A stretch of DNA of 64,000 nt from Candidatus Micrarchaeota archaeon (GTDB taxonomy: Archaea > Micrarchaeota > Micrarchaeia > Anstonellales > Bilamarchaeaceae), in assembly GCA_018812625.1 (NCBI GenBank), contig JAHJDH010000025.1:13726-77725 (forward strand), read 5' to 3'. The stretch's first letter is position 1. The number at the start of each line of letters is the position of its first letter. The notes below the pieces were generated by a model. The model worked only from the letters and a program-made list of their open reading frames with translations, searched no databases and was not told the origin of the DNA. Positions 28,551 to 38,154 of the stretch are shown here, one piece after another. Made by a program: the position numbers and the translations under genes.

Positions 28551-30839
28551 ATGCTCAAATCTATTCGCCTTGTTAATTGGAGGTCTCACAAAGACTCAGT
28601 TCTGGAGTTTCGCAGTGGCACCAATCTTCTTATAGGTATAATGGGTGCTGGCAAATCCAGCATTCTAGAGGGCATTAGCTATGCGCTATTTGGTACGTTC
28701 CCAGCACTTGAGAGGCGGAAACTTAAACTAGAAAACCTGATGCGCTTTAATGAAGCAAATTCAAAAGTTGTTCTTGAGTTTGATTGGGAAGATGAAACCT
28801 ATAAAATTGAACGTGAAATAGAGCGGACAAAAAGGGGAACAACTACAACCGCCGAGGTCTTCAAAAACAATTTGCTTGTAGAGCACGGAACCTTCGCCGT
28901 AACAACATTTATTGAAAATCTGACTAATGTTGATTATGATCTTTTTACTCGTGCCATCTATTCCGAACAGAACAATATTGAATATTTTCTAAATTTGGAT
29001 CCAAGAAGGAGAAAGCAGGAAATTGATACTCTCCTTGGGCTTGACAAGTTTGAAACTGCCCGCTCAAACATAGTAACTGTTATAGGAAAATTCAGAACAA
29101 AAAAGAAAACCCTGGAAGAGAGGTTTTCAAAAGAAAAGCTTGCTGAAATAGAATTCAAAGAAAAAGAGCAGCTTCAAAAGATTTCCAGCGCCGAAGTCAA
29201 ACTCAGAGAGCTTCTTGTAGCTCTGGATGAAAATCAAAAGCAGCTTGCATTGCTTCTTGAGTCCTTTAACTCAATGAAAGCCCAAAAAGAAAAATTCGAA
29301 TCTCTTGAAAAACAATCTATTTTTCTTTCTGCAGAGTGCACATCCATCGAAAAGCAAATCATTCCAATTCCCGAAATGGCTATTGAAAGTGCAAAAGAAA
29401 AACTCATATATCTTCAAAAACAGAAGGAACAACATTCCCTTTCTCTAAGATCTCTTGATCAAAAAATTTCTGATTTATCCAAAGAAGCAGGTTCCATATC
29501 TGCAAATCTCAAAACTGGAGCCGAATCCAATTCCCGTTGTCACAATATGAGGAAAGAGCTTGCTGCTCTTCTTGATGATCGGACTATTGAAACTCTCAAA
29601 GCTGAGCAAAAAGAAGTTTCACAAACTCTTCTTTCATCCAAGTCTGAACTAACTTCACTAAAGCAGCAGATCGAAGAGCTTCAAGAGCTTCTCGTCAAAC
29701 TCAAAGCTGATCTTTCCAAGTGCCCACTTTGCTCAAGCAATCTCACTGATCAATCAATTTCTCATATCAAAGAAGAGCGTGCGGAGTTGATTTCACAAAA
29801 AGAAAAACGAATTGGAGAATTGTCCTCTCTTGTAGCTCAAAATCAAAAACAAAACGAGTTGCTTGAAGAAAAAATACGCAAAGCCACCTCTCTTTCTGAA
29901 AATCTTAGTTCAATTGCTCCAGTAGATTTAGAAAAAATGAAATCCCATGCACTTGAACTTGAAAAGCAATCCACAATTCTTCTTTCTGAAAAAAGTATTT
30001 TAGTAGAAACTACGGATGTTCTTGGAAAAGAATCTGAAAAACTACGTCTTGAAGTCTCAAAATATGAGGATATACTAAAGAAAACCAAACTTCTTGAAGA
30101 GACATCAAAAAAACTTGCAGAAGTAAAATCCCAACTTTCCCATCTTTTATTTGATAAAGAAGCATTTGAATCAATACGAGTCAAAACTGAATCTGCCAAA
30201 CTCGATCTTGAGAAATTAAATTCATCCAAAACAATGCTTGAAACTGAGCAAAGAATTACTAAAGATCATCTCAAATCCATTTCAGAAGAGCTGAATTTGC
30301 TTCGCACTATAAGCTTAGATATCCAGAACTTGTATGAACTTGAGGATCAGCTCCTAATTTATAAAAATGCTCTTCTTGAAACCCAAACCAGCCTTCGAAG
30401 CAGCCTTACAGATGCAATTAATGGTGCTATGAATGAGATCTGGCCTATTTTTTATCCATACAACAATTACAAGGCTCTTCGTTTGTCTGTTAGTGAAAAA
30501 GACTATCTATTTGAAGTTAATGACGGAGCTTGGAAATCTCTTGATATTATCGCAAGCGGAGGAGAGCGTGCTAGTGCTGCGCTCACATTACGTGTTGCAC
30601 TTGCCATGGTTCTCACGCCAAAACTCAGCTGGCTTATTCTTGATGAACCAACGCATAACCTGGATTCACAGGCTGTTGAGATGTTATCATCTGCTCTTCA
30701 ATTTAAAGTTCCAGAAGTAGTCAAACAAACCTTTGTTATCACTCATGACGAAGCATTTATGGGATCTGATTTTGCATCAAACTATAGGCTCACTCGAGAT
30801 AAAGAAAATAATGGAGAAACAAAAGTAGAATCTGTTTAA
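28551..30839 (+). CDS. rad50: Rad50/SbcC-like SMC ATPase
   Basis: GIMGAGKSS Walker A, YSEQ Q-loop, coiled coil with CPLC zinc hook, ASGGE signature, ILDEPTHNLD, ITH. Confidence 0.9.
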   Translation: MLKSIRLVNWRSHKDSVLEFRSGTNLLIGIMGAGKSSILEGISYALFGTFPALERRKLKLENLMRFNEANSKVVLEFDWEDETYKIEREIERTKRGTTTTAEVFKNNLLVEHGTFAVTTFIENLTNVDYDLFTRAIYSEQNNIEYFLNLDPRRRKQEIDTLLGLDKFETARSNIVTVIGKFRTKKKTLEERFSKEKLAEIEFKEKEQLQKISSAEVKLRELLVALDENQKQLALLLESFNSMKAQKEKFESLEKQSIFLSAECTSIEKQIIPIPEMAIESAKEKLIYLQKQKEQHSLSLRSLDQKISDLSKEAGSISANLKTGAESNSRCHNMRKELAALLDDRTIETLKAEQKEVSQTLLSSKSELTSLKQQIEELQELLVKLKADLSKCPLCSSNLTDQSISHIKEERAELISQKEKRIGELSSLVAQNQKQNELLEEKIRKATSLSENLSSIAPVDLEKMKSHALELEKQSTILLSEKSILVETTDVLGKESEKLRLEVSKYEDILKKTKLLEETSKKLAEVKSQLSHLLFDKEAFESIRVKTESAKLDLEKLNSSKTMLETEQRITKDHLKSISEELNLLRTISLDIQNLYELEDQLLIYKNALLETQTSLRSSLTDAINGAMNEIWPIFYPYNNYKALRLSVSEKDYLFEVNDGAWKSLDIIASGGERASAALTLRVALAMVLTPKLSWLILDEPTHNLDSQAVEMLSSALQFKVPEVVKQTFVITHDEAFMGSDFASNYRLTRDKENNGETKVESV

Positions 30840-31729
30840 CTGTAAATCTCTTCTTCAAGTCTTGTAACAATGTCAAGTTCATCAGAAGCTTTCTTTCCTG
30901 TTTTGCCCTGATACCATTCATCACAGCTCTTTTCATTTTCAGCTGCATAGCATGCAAGAGATACATATACATCTTCTCTTGAAGCTATATCAAGAGAAAA
31001 CAAATATTGTAGGACGCTCTTGAACTCCTCAATAACATATGATCTTTTTCTAGATGCTCTCATTCTTCGAAGATCTGTTAGTTTCATGTCATTTTCTCCA
31101 AGAAGAATATTGTTGAGGGTAAATCTCCCCATGATAAGGTTATTAGAATGCAATGCGGATATTTTTTCAGTAATAAGGGTAACTAATCTGCTTTTGCTTT
31201 CTCTGTCAAGTCCATCTACATCAACATAATGGACCCCACCCTTTGATATTCTTGTATCAAAAGCCCAAGATTCGCTATCTACTTTGGAAATTACATAATC
31301 TGTTCCCAGCTCAGTTCGAAGGAATCCTACAATATTTTCAAGCGCTCCTTTGATCTTACCATATGCATTGTAGATGGCCTGGGCAATCTCCTTTACTGTT
31401 TTTCTTAAAATATAAGTTGTATTTTGATGAACAAAACTAATGCTGTCTGCTCCGTCTCTTGCTGCAATTCTATAAAGTGCAGTAAGATTTTCTCCTGCTC
31501 TAAATTCCATCTTCTTTATTCTAATGCTTGGCGAACTGCTCTTATTCCATCCATATTCAACGGTTACCATATCCTTTGATTCTTTTTTCTTTGAAGATAT
31601 TGGAACTTCTTTAGTAAACTCTGGCAATTGCTCATCCTCACGTTTTCCTGCTTCTAGAATTGTAAGTCTTTCTGCAGCATCTGGTACATGTAATTCTGAG
31701 TACTCCGTTTTTTTCATCCTATCGGTCAC
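30836..31729 (-). CDS. kinase-fold protein with degenerate catalytic motifs
   Basis: ISALHSNNLIMGRFTLNNILL...LTDL resembles the Bud32/RIO LH..gIiHGD.t..Nill...lIDFG region. Confidence 0.5.
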   Translation of the reverse strand: MTDRMKKTEYSELHVPDAAERLTILEAGKREDEQLPEFTKEVPISSKKKESKDMVTVEYGWNKSSSPSIRIKKMEFRAGENLTALYRIAARDGADSISFVHQNTTYILRKTVKEIAQAIYNAYGKIKGALENIVGFLRTELGTDYVISKVDSESWAFDTRISKGGVHYVDVDGLDRESKSRLVTLITEKISALHSNNLIMGRFTLNNILLGENDMKLTDLRRMRASRKRSYVIEEFKSVLQYLFSLDIASREDVYVSLACYAAENEKSCDEWYQGKTGKKASDELDIVTRLEEEIYS

Positions 31730-31789
31730 CTGGGCTAACTACGTTTATATATTTTAGGCCACAAAGTATTTATAAATCTGTGTATCTAC

Positions 31790-32533
31790 CTAATCTGTCT
31801 CTATTCTTGGCGCAAGGAAATACACGACGTGTGCTCCTTCAATATCATATTCAAGCTTCAATGGTCTATCCGTCTCTAGGTTTATCTTTACCTGAGAATT
31901 GGAATTAGTTGCCTTTACCATATCCTCTAGATATTGCAGCGGGAATGTTGCCTTAGATCCATTTTCTGTTTTGATTTCTGAAACTTCATCCCCCCCCTTT
32001 TCAAATTCAGCTCTAACATCTCCATTTTCTCCTCTGACATCAACAACAAACTGTTCTGGAGTTAGCTGAAGCCTCACATGCGAACTTATGAGCTTTGCAT
32101 CTTTGAGAGTTTCTTTGATGGCGTCTGCCTTTACAATGGCATAATTTCCAAATTCGATCTTTGGCTCTTTCTGTACTCTGTCTCCTGTCTCTATTAATGG
32201 AATTTTGAAAGTTCTCTTGTGCTTTTCGCCAAGAAACCTCACGACTAGTCTTCCTTCTTCTGTTGAAAGCTCTACTCTCTCCCCCCGTTTTCCTCTTCCT
32301 AAAATATTTGCAAATTGTCCAATATCAATTCCAAGTTTCATTTCTTCTGGAACGCTATACTCGACAAATGCCTCTTTAGGCATTCGAAATGATACCATTG
32401 AAATCTGTGATGGATCCATTGCCTTTAGAACAAGTCCTTCATTTCCAAGTTCAAATTGTCCCTCTTCGACCAAACAAACAATAGAATCAATTGCGGATTT
32501 TAGTGCTGGGGCCTCCTGAATTACTAATTTCAT
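31790..32533 (-). CDS. pcn: DNA polymerase sliding clamp PCNA
   Basis: AMDPSQISMV, FPLQYL, YFLAPRIE C-terminus. Confidence 0.96.
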   Translation of the reverse strand: MKLVIQEAPALKSAIDSIVCLVEEGQFELGNEGLVLKAMDPSQISMVSFRMPKEAFVEYSVPEEMKLGIDIGQFANILGRGKRGERVELSTEEGRLVVRFLGEKHKRTFKIPLIETGDRVQKEPKIEFGNYAIVKADAIKETLKDAKLISSHVRLQLTPEQFVVDVRGENGDVRAEFEKGGDEVSEIKTENGSKATFPLQYLEDMVKATNSNSQVKINLETDRPLKLEYDIEGAHVVYFLAPRIETD

Positions 32534-32636
32534 AATATACCTCTCGTTTATTTATTGGAAAAAAACCCTAATATACCTTGCGGCTATCCCTTTTTTCCTT
32601 CTCCTCTCTAAAATCTCATAAAATCAGGTATCTAGC

Positions 32637-32698
32637 GGCAACTCGGTAGCTACTCTTGTCATCATTGATCAGTCTGGGACGGTGTCGTCATCGCTGCC
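32637..32698 (-). ncRNA. box C/D guide sRNA with two guides (predicted 23S rRNA targets)
   Basis: GGCAG-CGATGA(C)-CGACACCGTCCCAGA-CTGA(D')-TCA-ATGATGA(C')-CAAGAGTAGCTA-CCGA(D)-GTTGCC; terminal stem GGCAGC/GTTGCC; TATA-like TTTTAAAA upstream. Confidence 0.85.
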
Positions 32699-32729
32699 TA
32701 TTTGTATTTTAGGCGGGCGATTTTAAAAA

Positions 32730-33737
32730 TCATTCAATTTTATGCTGACGGACTTTTATCCCGGCTTCCTTGAGCAATTCCATTGGAACCTTTGCAACTG
32801 GGTAGTCTACATTGTACACGACTTCTTTGATTCCTGCATTGATGATCATCTTAGTGCATATGATGCATGGGGAAAACGTTGTATATATCGTGGTATTCTT
32901 GATACTGATTCCATGGTATGCTGCCTGAACAATCGCGTTTTCCTCCCCGTGACTGCAAACACAATCTTCAAGGCCTTTTCCAGATTCAGTAAAATTATTG
33001 CATCTTGGACACCCTCCATCAGAACAATTTTTTATCCCTCTTGGAGTTCCATTATAACCTGTCGAAACAATTCTCTTGTCCTTGACAATTATTGCCGCGA
33101 CTTTTCTTTTCATGCAATTGGATCTTGTTGCAACGACCTTTGCAATGCTCATAAAATATTCATCCCAGCTAGGCCTGATAAGTTTAAACTCATCTGAGAG
33201 CTCAGCTAGGGTTGCGTTTATTTGGTCATGTAACATATCCATGCTTCCAGCATTATTGATTTTCTTGTCTGCAAGTGCAAATGTCCCCAAGAGATTTTGT
33301 TTTGTTTTATCCTCGTTTTCCATTTCTATTTTTTCAATCTCAACAAAAGCATCAAATGTCTGAGGGTCTTCCTCTCTCTGTCTTTTCTTGGTCCTTTCAA
33401 ATCTAACTTCCTGAGGGGCAGTTATGTGGATGAGATAAAATCTTCCTAATTTTTTCAGTTCCTCTACTTCTGCCGGATTTCTAATTGAATCAATTACATA
33501 GTTCTTGTCTTCCTGAATCTTTTCAACCATGCGTTGTCCAAGTGCACCCGGTCCATGTGCCTGCCGAAGAGCATTCCCCTTTTCTATTAAATTTTCTCTT
33601 GTAATTGCCTTTCCTTCTGCTCTAAGTTCCTCGCGAATTATATCTGAAAGCGAGTAAAAATAGAAACTTTTTTTCTTCAGGTGTTCTGCAACTGTGCTTT
33701 TTCCAGCGCAGTTTTCTCCAGTAAGTCCAATGATCAT
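32730..33737 (-). CDS. P-loop kinase (dephospho-CoA/adenylate kinase-like) fused to dCMP deaminase
   Basis: GENCAGKST Walker A, DSIRN; RPSWDEYF, GYNG, HGEENA, PCIIC Zn motifs. Confidence 0.9.
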   Translation of the reverse strand: MIIGLTGENCAGKSTVAEHLKKKSFYFYSLSDIIREELRAEGKAITRENLIEKGNALRQAHGPGALGQRMVEKIQEDKNYVIDSIRNPAEVEELKKLGRFYLIHITAPQEVRFERTKKRQREEDPQTFDAFVEIEKIEMENEDKTKQNLLGTFALADKKINNAGSMDMLHDQINATLAELSDEFKLIRPSWDEYFMSIAKVVATRSNCMKRKVAAIIVKDKRIVSTGYNGTPRGIKNCSDGGCPRCNNFTESGKGLEDCVCSHGEENAIVQAAYHGISIKNTTIYTTFSPCIICTKMIINAGIKEVVYNVDYPVAKVPMELLKEAGIKVRQHKIE

Positions 33738-33836
33738 AAAAATCCTCCAAAACAATATATATTCGACATGGATTTAAATCAAAGCTCAGTCTCATCCTTG
33801 GAGAATAATTAAATCACTAACCTATGAATTAATCTC

Positions 33837-34421
33837 ATGAAAATTACAACTGAGGGCTCATCTTTAATGGCCTTAAAGGATTACAACACCAGCCATTTCT
33901 TTGGAGGTTTTATTTTTCTGGCAGTTGGAATTGTTGCTTTATTGGCATTTTTGCCTTCTGGTGAGATTCTCCCAATTGCATTTACCGGGATTTTTGTCCT
34001 GGCGGGCCTTGGCATTCTTGCCTCAACAAAACTTGTAAATATAACTCTGAACAAGGGAACTAGCAAAGCAAGATTCTCTCTCTGGAGCATCATAAAGCAA
34101 GAAGCTCGGGAGGTAAGCCTGCAGACTATCACAGGAATTACTCTTGAAAAAGAGCACATCAGTTCCAGAAGATCAACCCGGCGTCAGTTCATTATCAATT
34201 TTGTTCTTGAAGGCGGCGAAGCGTTGCCATTTGAATTTGGCTCTTTATCTGGCGGGATGGACATTCTTACCAATCCAGAAGAAGGGATTCGGAACAAGGC
34301 AAAAGAGGTCGCGGCATTCCTCAATGTTCCACTCAAGGAAATTGGTCCTCCTTCTGCTGCAGAAACTCTCTCAGCTGTTAAGGACGTAATTATGTCTAAG
34401 ATGGAAAAACACAAGCAATAA
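33837..34421 (+). CDS. hypothetical membrane protein (2 TM plus soluble domain)
   Basis: Two hydrophobic helices followed by a beta-rich domain. Confidence 0.7.
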   Translation: MKITTEGSSLMALKDYNTSHFFGGFIFLAVGIVALLAFLPSGEILPIAFTGIFVLAGLGILASTKLVNITLNKGTSKARFSLWSIIKQEAREVSLQTITGITLEKEHISSRRSTRRQFIINFVLEGGEALPFEFGSLSGGMDILTNPEEGIRNKAKEVAAFLNVPLKEIGPPSAAETLSAVKDVIMSKMEKHKQ

Positions 34422-34423
34422 TC

Positions 34424-34978
34424 CTAATTGATTTTTTTCACACCTGAATACTGGAATATTGCAATAACCATTCCAACGAGAATTATCTTAATTACTCTTG
34501 GAACTTCAGAGAAGAATAATCTGTAATTTTCTGAAATTGTGCACATTGGAATAAACCAGGAACTGAATCCAAACAAGTGTCCAACTGCAAGCGACCAGAA
34601 TATCGCCAAGGAGAAAAATGCAGCTCCATTTATCTTTGCTTTGTTGATCAAAAGTACAATTCCTGCCCAGAGCGATATCCACAAGATGCTTGCAATCACG
34701 GGGCCCAAATATCCGCTTTCAACAAAAATAAATCTGGCCAGTGGGTTTCCCTCTCGGTATGGATCAAGAAATGTTCCCTTTGCTGTAACAAGGATATCCA
34801 AAGTTCCAAAAACAATCCAGAATACAATTGGCGGAGCATATGTCCACAATTCCTTCTCAAGCCCATTTTGCAGATATAATTTTATCCAAATAATAATACT
34901 GACAATAATCGAAGATAATACCAGAAGCTGGAGAATCAGCACTTCCCCACTTCCAACGATATCAAAATAATGGCACAT
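34424..34978 (-). CDS. polytopic membrane protein (DUF5658-like)
   Basis: LDILVT...REGNPLA motif, ~5 TM helices. Confidence 0.6.
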   Translation of the reverse strand: MCHYFDIVGSGEVLILQLLVLSSIIVSIIIWIKLYLQNGLEKELWTYAPPIVFWIVFGTLDILVTAKGTFLDPYREGNPLARFIFVESGYLGPVIASILWISLWAGIVLLINKAKINGAAFFSLAIFWSLAVGHLFGFSSWFIPMCTISENYRLFFSEVPRVIKIILVGMVIAIFQYSGVKKIN

Positions 34979-34982
34979 AAGA

Positions 34983-36722
34983 TCAGAAGAATTTCAAAAT
35001 CATTTTTTTCATTTCTTCAAAGAGTTCTTTCTCTTCCTTGCTGAGCATGTCTATCCTCTCATTCCAAACATCTATCTCGTCTTTGGTCATGTATGTGTAG
35101 AGGACATCTCCTTCTGCAGCATCCTTTGGAATAGTCATCCCCTCGCAGGAAATTGCAAGTTCATCTCCAACAGAAGCTTCCAAAACTTTCTCCTTATCTT
35201 TTTGGATTTCCCGAACCTGGCCAACAATTTCTCCAGATTTATTCATAAGCCTGTAATTCTTTTTCAATCTTCCAGCAAGAACATTAACTCCAAAAATCGC
35301 TGGTTTTGATACTCGAAATACATATCCGTTCAGTATTTTGATCTTGCCCGGGCATGTGAGCTTTGTCAGAGCTTCTTTTTTCATATTCTCTTTTTCTGTT
35401 TTTACCCACTGTTGATATTCTTCAATTACTTTGTATACAATATTGCTATAGATGACAGGAACATTTGCATTTTTGCTCTCTTCTCTTGCTTCTTCTAAAA
35501 CCTTAACATTAAATCCAAGAATGGCCCTGAGGAATCTATCTTCCTGAGCTCCAGCTGCCAGTATGTCTCCTCTGGTAATATTTCCAACTGCAGCATCCTT
35601 TACATTGATATTTGCATTTTTCAAAAGCGAGAGTAGAGCTTCAACCGAACCAAGGCTGTCTGCTCTGAGAATAACTCCGGCCTCATCACGCTTCTGGAAA
35701 ATAACTTTTTTGAATTGTGTTTCTATTGCAATTCTATCTTTTTCAAAATCATGAATAACTTCAATTGGAGAACCTGGAATTGCATCTTCAAGTCCTGGTG
35801 CGCAGATTTTTACTCCAGCAGCAGCAATAACTTCCTCTATATTGAGAAACTTGTCTCCACCGCTAAGATTTGGCTCAAGCAAACTCCTTACCTTTGTTTT
35901 CTTAATTCCATTTGGAGTCATGTATGCAATCTCATCATTTTTCCTGATGATCCCATCATACACAATAACATCAACAGTAGTTCCAAGTCCTTTCTCGTCC
36001 TTTACTTCGATAATACTGCCCTTCCCCCGTCCATTTTCCTCAATTTCAAGGCGCGCTCCAAGGAATTTTTGGGAAAGGCCCCCAATAATCACTAATAATT
36101 CGCTCAGTCCCTCTTTGGTCTTTGCACTAATCGGTATGATCCCTATTTGCTTAGAGAAATCTTCCACACGGTCGAAGCGTTCACTGTCAAATCCATGCTC
36201 TGAGATTTTCCCCATGATCTCGTACATTTTTTCGTCAAGTCTTTGTTTGATGTGCTCTGGCTGTTTTGAGTAAGATTCCAAAAATGAAGTTGTACCATAA
36301 CTTTTCCATCCGCCCAAAGCATCTATTTTGTTTGCTACGAGGATGAAAGGAGTTTTATGTTGTTTGAGTATCCTGATGCTCTCAATTGTTTGCGGCTGGA
36401 ATCCCTGATTAATATCAACCAGTAAAATAACAAGATCAGCAAGACTGCCTCCTCTATCCCGAAGATTTCCAAAAGCTTCATGTCCTGGAGTATCTATGAA
36501 AAGAAGTCCTGGAATGGTGATTTTAAGTTTCATTTTTTCAGCTAAATCTTTTGCAACTGCATCAATAGATTTTTTTGACACATAGCTTGCTCCTATCATC
36601 TGGGTAATGCCACCTGCTTCTTTCTTTACAACTGCAGTTCCACGGATACTATCGAGGAGGGTAGTTTTGCCATGGTCAACATGAGCAAGAAGACAAATTA
36701 TTGGGGATCTTGTAAATTTCAT
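34983..36722 (-). CDS. infB: translation initiation factor aIF5B (IF-2)
   Basis: RSPI, HVDHGKTTLLD, EAGGITQ, DTPGHEAF, NKID, SAKT. Confidence 0.97.
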   Translation of the reverse strand: MKFTRSPIICLLAHVDHGKTTLLDSIRGTAVVKKEAGGITQMIGASYVSKKSIDAVAKDLAEKMKLKITIPGLLFIDTPGHEAFGNLRDRGGSLADLVILLVDINQGFQPQTIESIRILKQHKTPFILVANKIDALGGWKSYGTTSFLESYSKQPEHIKQRLDEKMYEIMGKISEHGFDSERFDRVEDFSKQIGIIPISAKTKEGLSELLVIIGGLSQKFLGARLEIEENGRGKGSIIEVKDEKGLGTTVDVIVYDGIIRKNDEIAYMTPNGIKKTKVRSLLEPNLSGGDKFLNIEEVIAAAGVKICAPGLEDAIPGSPIEVIHDFEKDRIAIETQFKKVIFQKRDEAGVILRADSLGSVEALLSLLKNANINVKDAAVGNITRGDILAAGAQEDRFLRAILGFNVKVLEEAREESKNANVPVIYSNIVYKVIEEYQQWVKTEKENMKKEALTKLTCPGKIKILNGYVFRVSKPAIFGVNVLAGRLKKNYRLMNKSGEIVGQVREIQKDKEKVLEASVGDELAISCEGMTIPKDAAEGDVLYTYMTKDEIDVWNERIDMLSKEEKELFEEMKKMILKFF

Positions 36723-36876
36723 TTTGATTCACCACAATCAGTTAACTTAGTCTTAATCAAACCTCTTTTATTTATTGTATTTTTCTTGATTTCTCTCTAC
36801 AACTCAATATAATACTATTCAATACATTTATAAACATTTTCACACACATATCATATGTGTTCGAAGGCGATCAGCT

Positions 36877-37125
36877 ATGCAAAGAAAGATTCACACTGTT
36901 TTAGGAAGATTATCAAGCAAAAAAGCACTTGAGAGGAAAGCAGCCATCAAAGAAATGGTAGCTTTGATTTCTCACGAAGATGCCCATCTTGCTCGTCTCT
37001 CTCTGCATTATGTTTCTGTACATGATCCTTCTTTTACTGTTCGAAATTTGGCTCGTCAAGCATTTTATCGCATTGGAGAGCCTCCTTCTAATGAAATTGT
37101 ATGGGATAAATCATATCGCTTCTGA
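36877..37125 (+). CDS. small HEAT-repeat-like protein
   Basis: ERKAAIKEM...L...HDPSFTVRNLARQA. Confidence 0.55.
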   Translation: MQRKIHTVLGRLSSKKALERKAAIKEMVALISHEDAHLARLSLHYVSVHDPSFTVRNLARQAFYRIGEPPSNEIVWDKSYRF

Positions 37126-37163
37126 TTTTAAACATTTCCTTCCATTAATTATAATCGAGAATT

Positions 37164-37652
37164 ATGTTCTTTAGATCAAAGAAGAAGCCCGGCCAGTCTG
37201 CAAAAGACCCAAGAGCTGCGATACTGGAAAGCAAGCGTGCAATAGGTGCTTCTCTTCGTGAAAAGACCGTGGTTTTCATAGTTGAAGATACTCAATTTGC
37301 TATTCTTACTCCACTTATCCAATCTGGGGTATTTCGAGGCATTGTTGGACCTAAAAGCAGGGTTTTGACTTATACTGGCTTCTTCTCCGATAATCTTTCT
37401 GCTGATGTTTTAGTCCTGAAACCTTCTAGCCGCATTGGAGAAAACCTTGCTCTTTTTACCGATCGTCTGATTGATTTTAAGTCATCAAATCCAAACTCTG
37501 CAGTCATTGTTTGCGCCACTGATCCAGAACTCTCGAAAAGGCTTATTCCTCACTATCAAGCTGGTCAAATTGATTCACTTGAAAAATCCGGCAGTGATGA
37601 TTTCCAGATTCTTTTTAATGCATCAAAAATTCTTGAAAGGTTACAAAGATGA
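37164..37652 (+). CDS. hypothetical protein, flavodoxin/receiver-like fold (paralog A)
   Basis: TVVFIVED, ADVLVL, NPNSAVIV pattern; similar to the next ORF. Confidence 0.6.
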   Translation: MFFRSKKKPGQSAKDPRAAILESKRAIGASLREKTVVFIVEDTQFAILTPLIQSGVFRGIVGPKSRVLTYTGFFSDNLSADVLVLKPSSRIGENLALFTDRLIDFKSSNPNSAVIVCATDPELSKRLIPHYQAGQIDSLEKSGSDDFQILFNASKILERLQR

Positions 37653-38116
37653 GACAAAAATTTTCACAGCATACTGCTTCTAGACTACGTTTTTCAGATC
37701 CACTACTCGAATCAGCACACGGCAGAACAATCGTTTTTGTTACAGAAGAGTCAAATCTTCGCTCTGAAGCTAAATTAATGCCTCATTTTTTTCAGCGCAC
37801 AGGAGCGTCAAGTTCCAGCAAGGTTCTTGGTTATTCCCACTTCTACGATTGTCCTGAGGGGATTACAGCTGACATCTTGATTCTTAGAAGCTCCAAGCTT
37901 TTTCCACTTCATTTAGGCAAGCTCCATAAAGCTCTTGAAGCTTTTAGGGGCCCTAATCCAAAGGCTGCTGCTATTATTTCTCTTCTTGATACATCTCTTC
38001 TATCATGCTTTGAACATTTTGCTTCAGCCGGCCTTGTTAATTTTGTTGAAACTACTCTTGCAGACGATCCAGCACTGATAAAGGCGGGTTTGGAAATCCT
38101 CGAACGCATGCAGTAG
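37649..38116 (+). CDS. hypothetical protein, flavodoxin/receiver-like fold (paralog B)
   Basis: TIVFVTEE, ADILIL, NPKAAAII, ILERMQ; ATGA overlap with paralog A. Confidence 0.6.
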   Translation: MRQKFSQHTASRLRFSDPLLESAHGRTIVFVTEESNLRSEAKLMPHFFQRTGASSSSKVLGYSHFYDCPEGITADILILRSSKLFPLHLGKLHKALEAFRGPNPKAAAIISLLDTSLLSCFEHFASAGLVNFVETTLADDPALIKAGLEILERMQ

Positions 38117-38154
38117 TCTTTTAATCCTATTTCATCAACTATAGTTTCTACTCC

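Noticed and set aside
28551-30839. rad50 without adjacent mre11/nurA/herA as a novel system
   Set aside because: Operons are generally dispersed in this window (pur and phe genes), so the partners are probably elsewhere.
33738-33836. AvcI-like antitoxin RNA upstream of the P-loop/deaminase gene
   Set aside because: Only ~100 nt of divergent promoter space; the neighbouring sRNA is downstream and is explained as a C/D guide.
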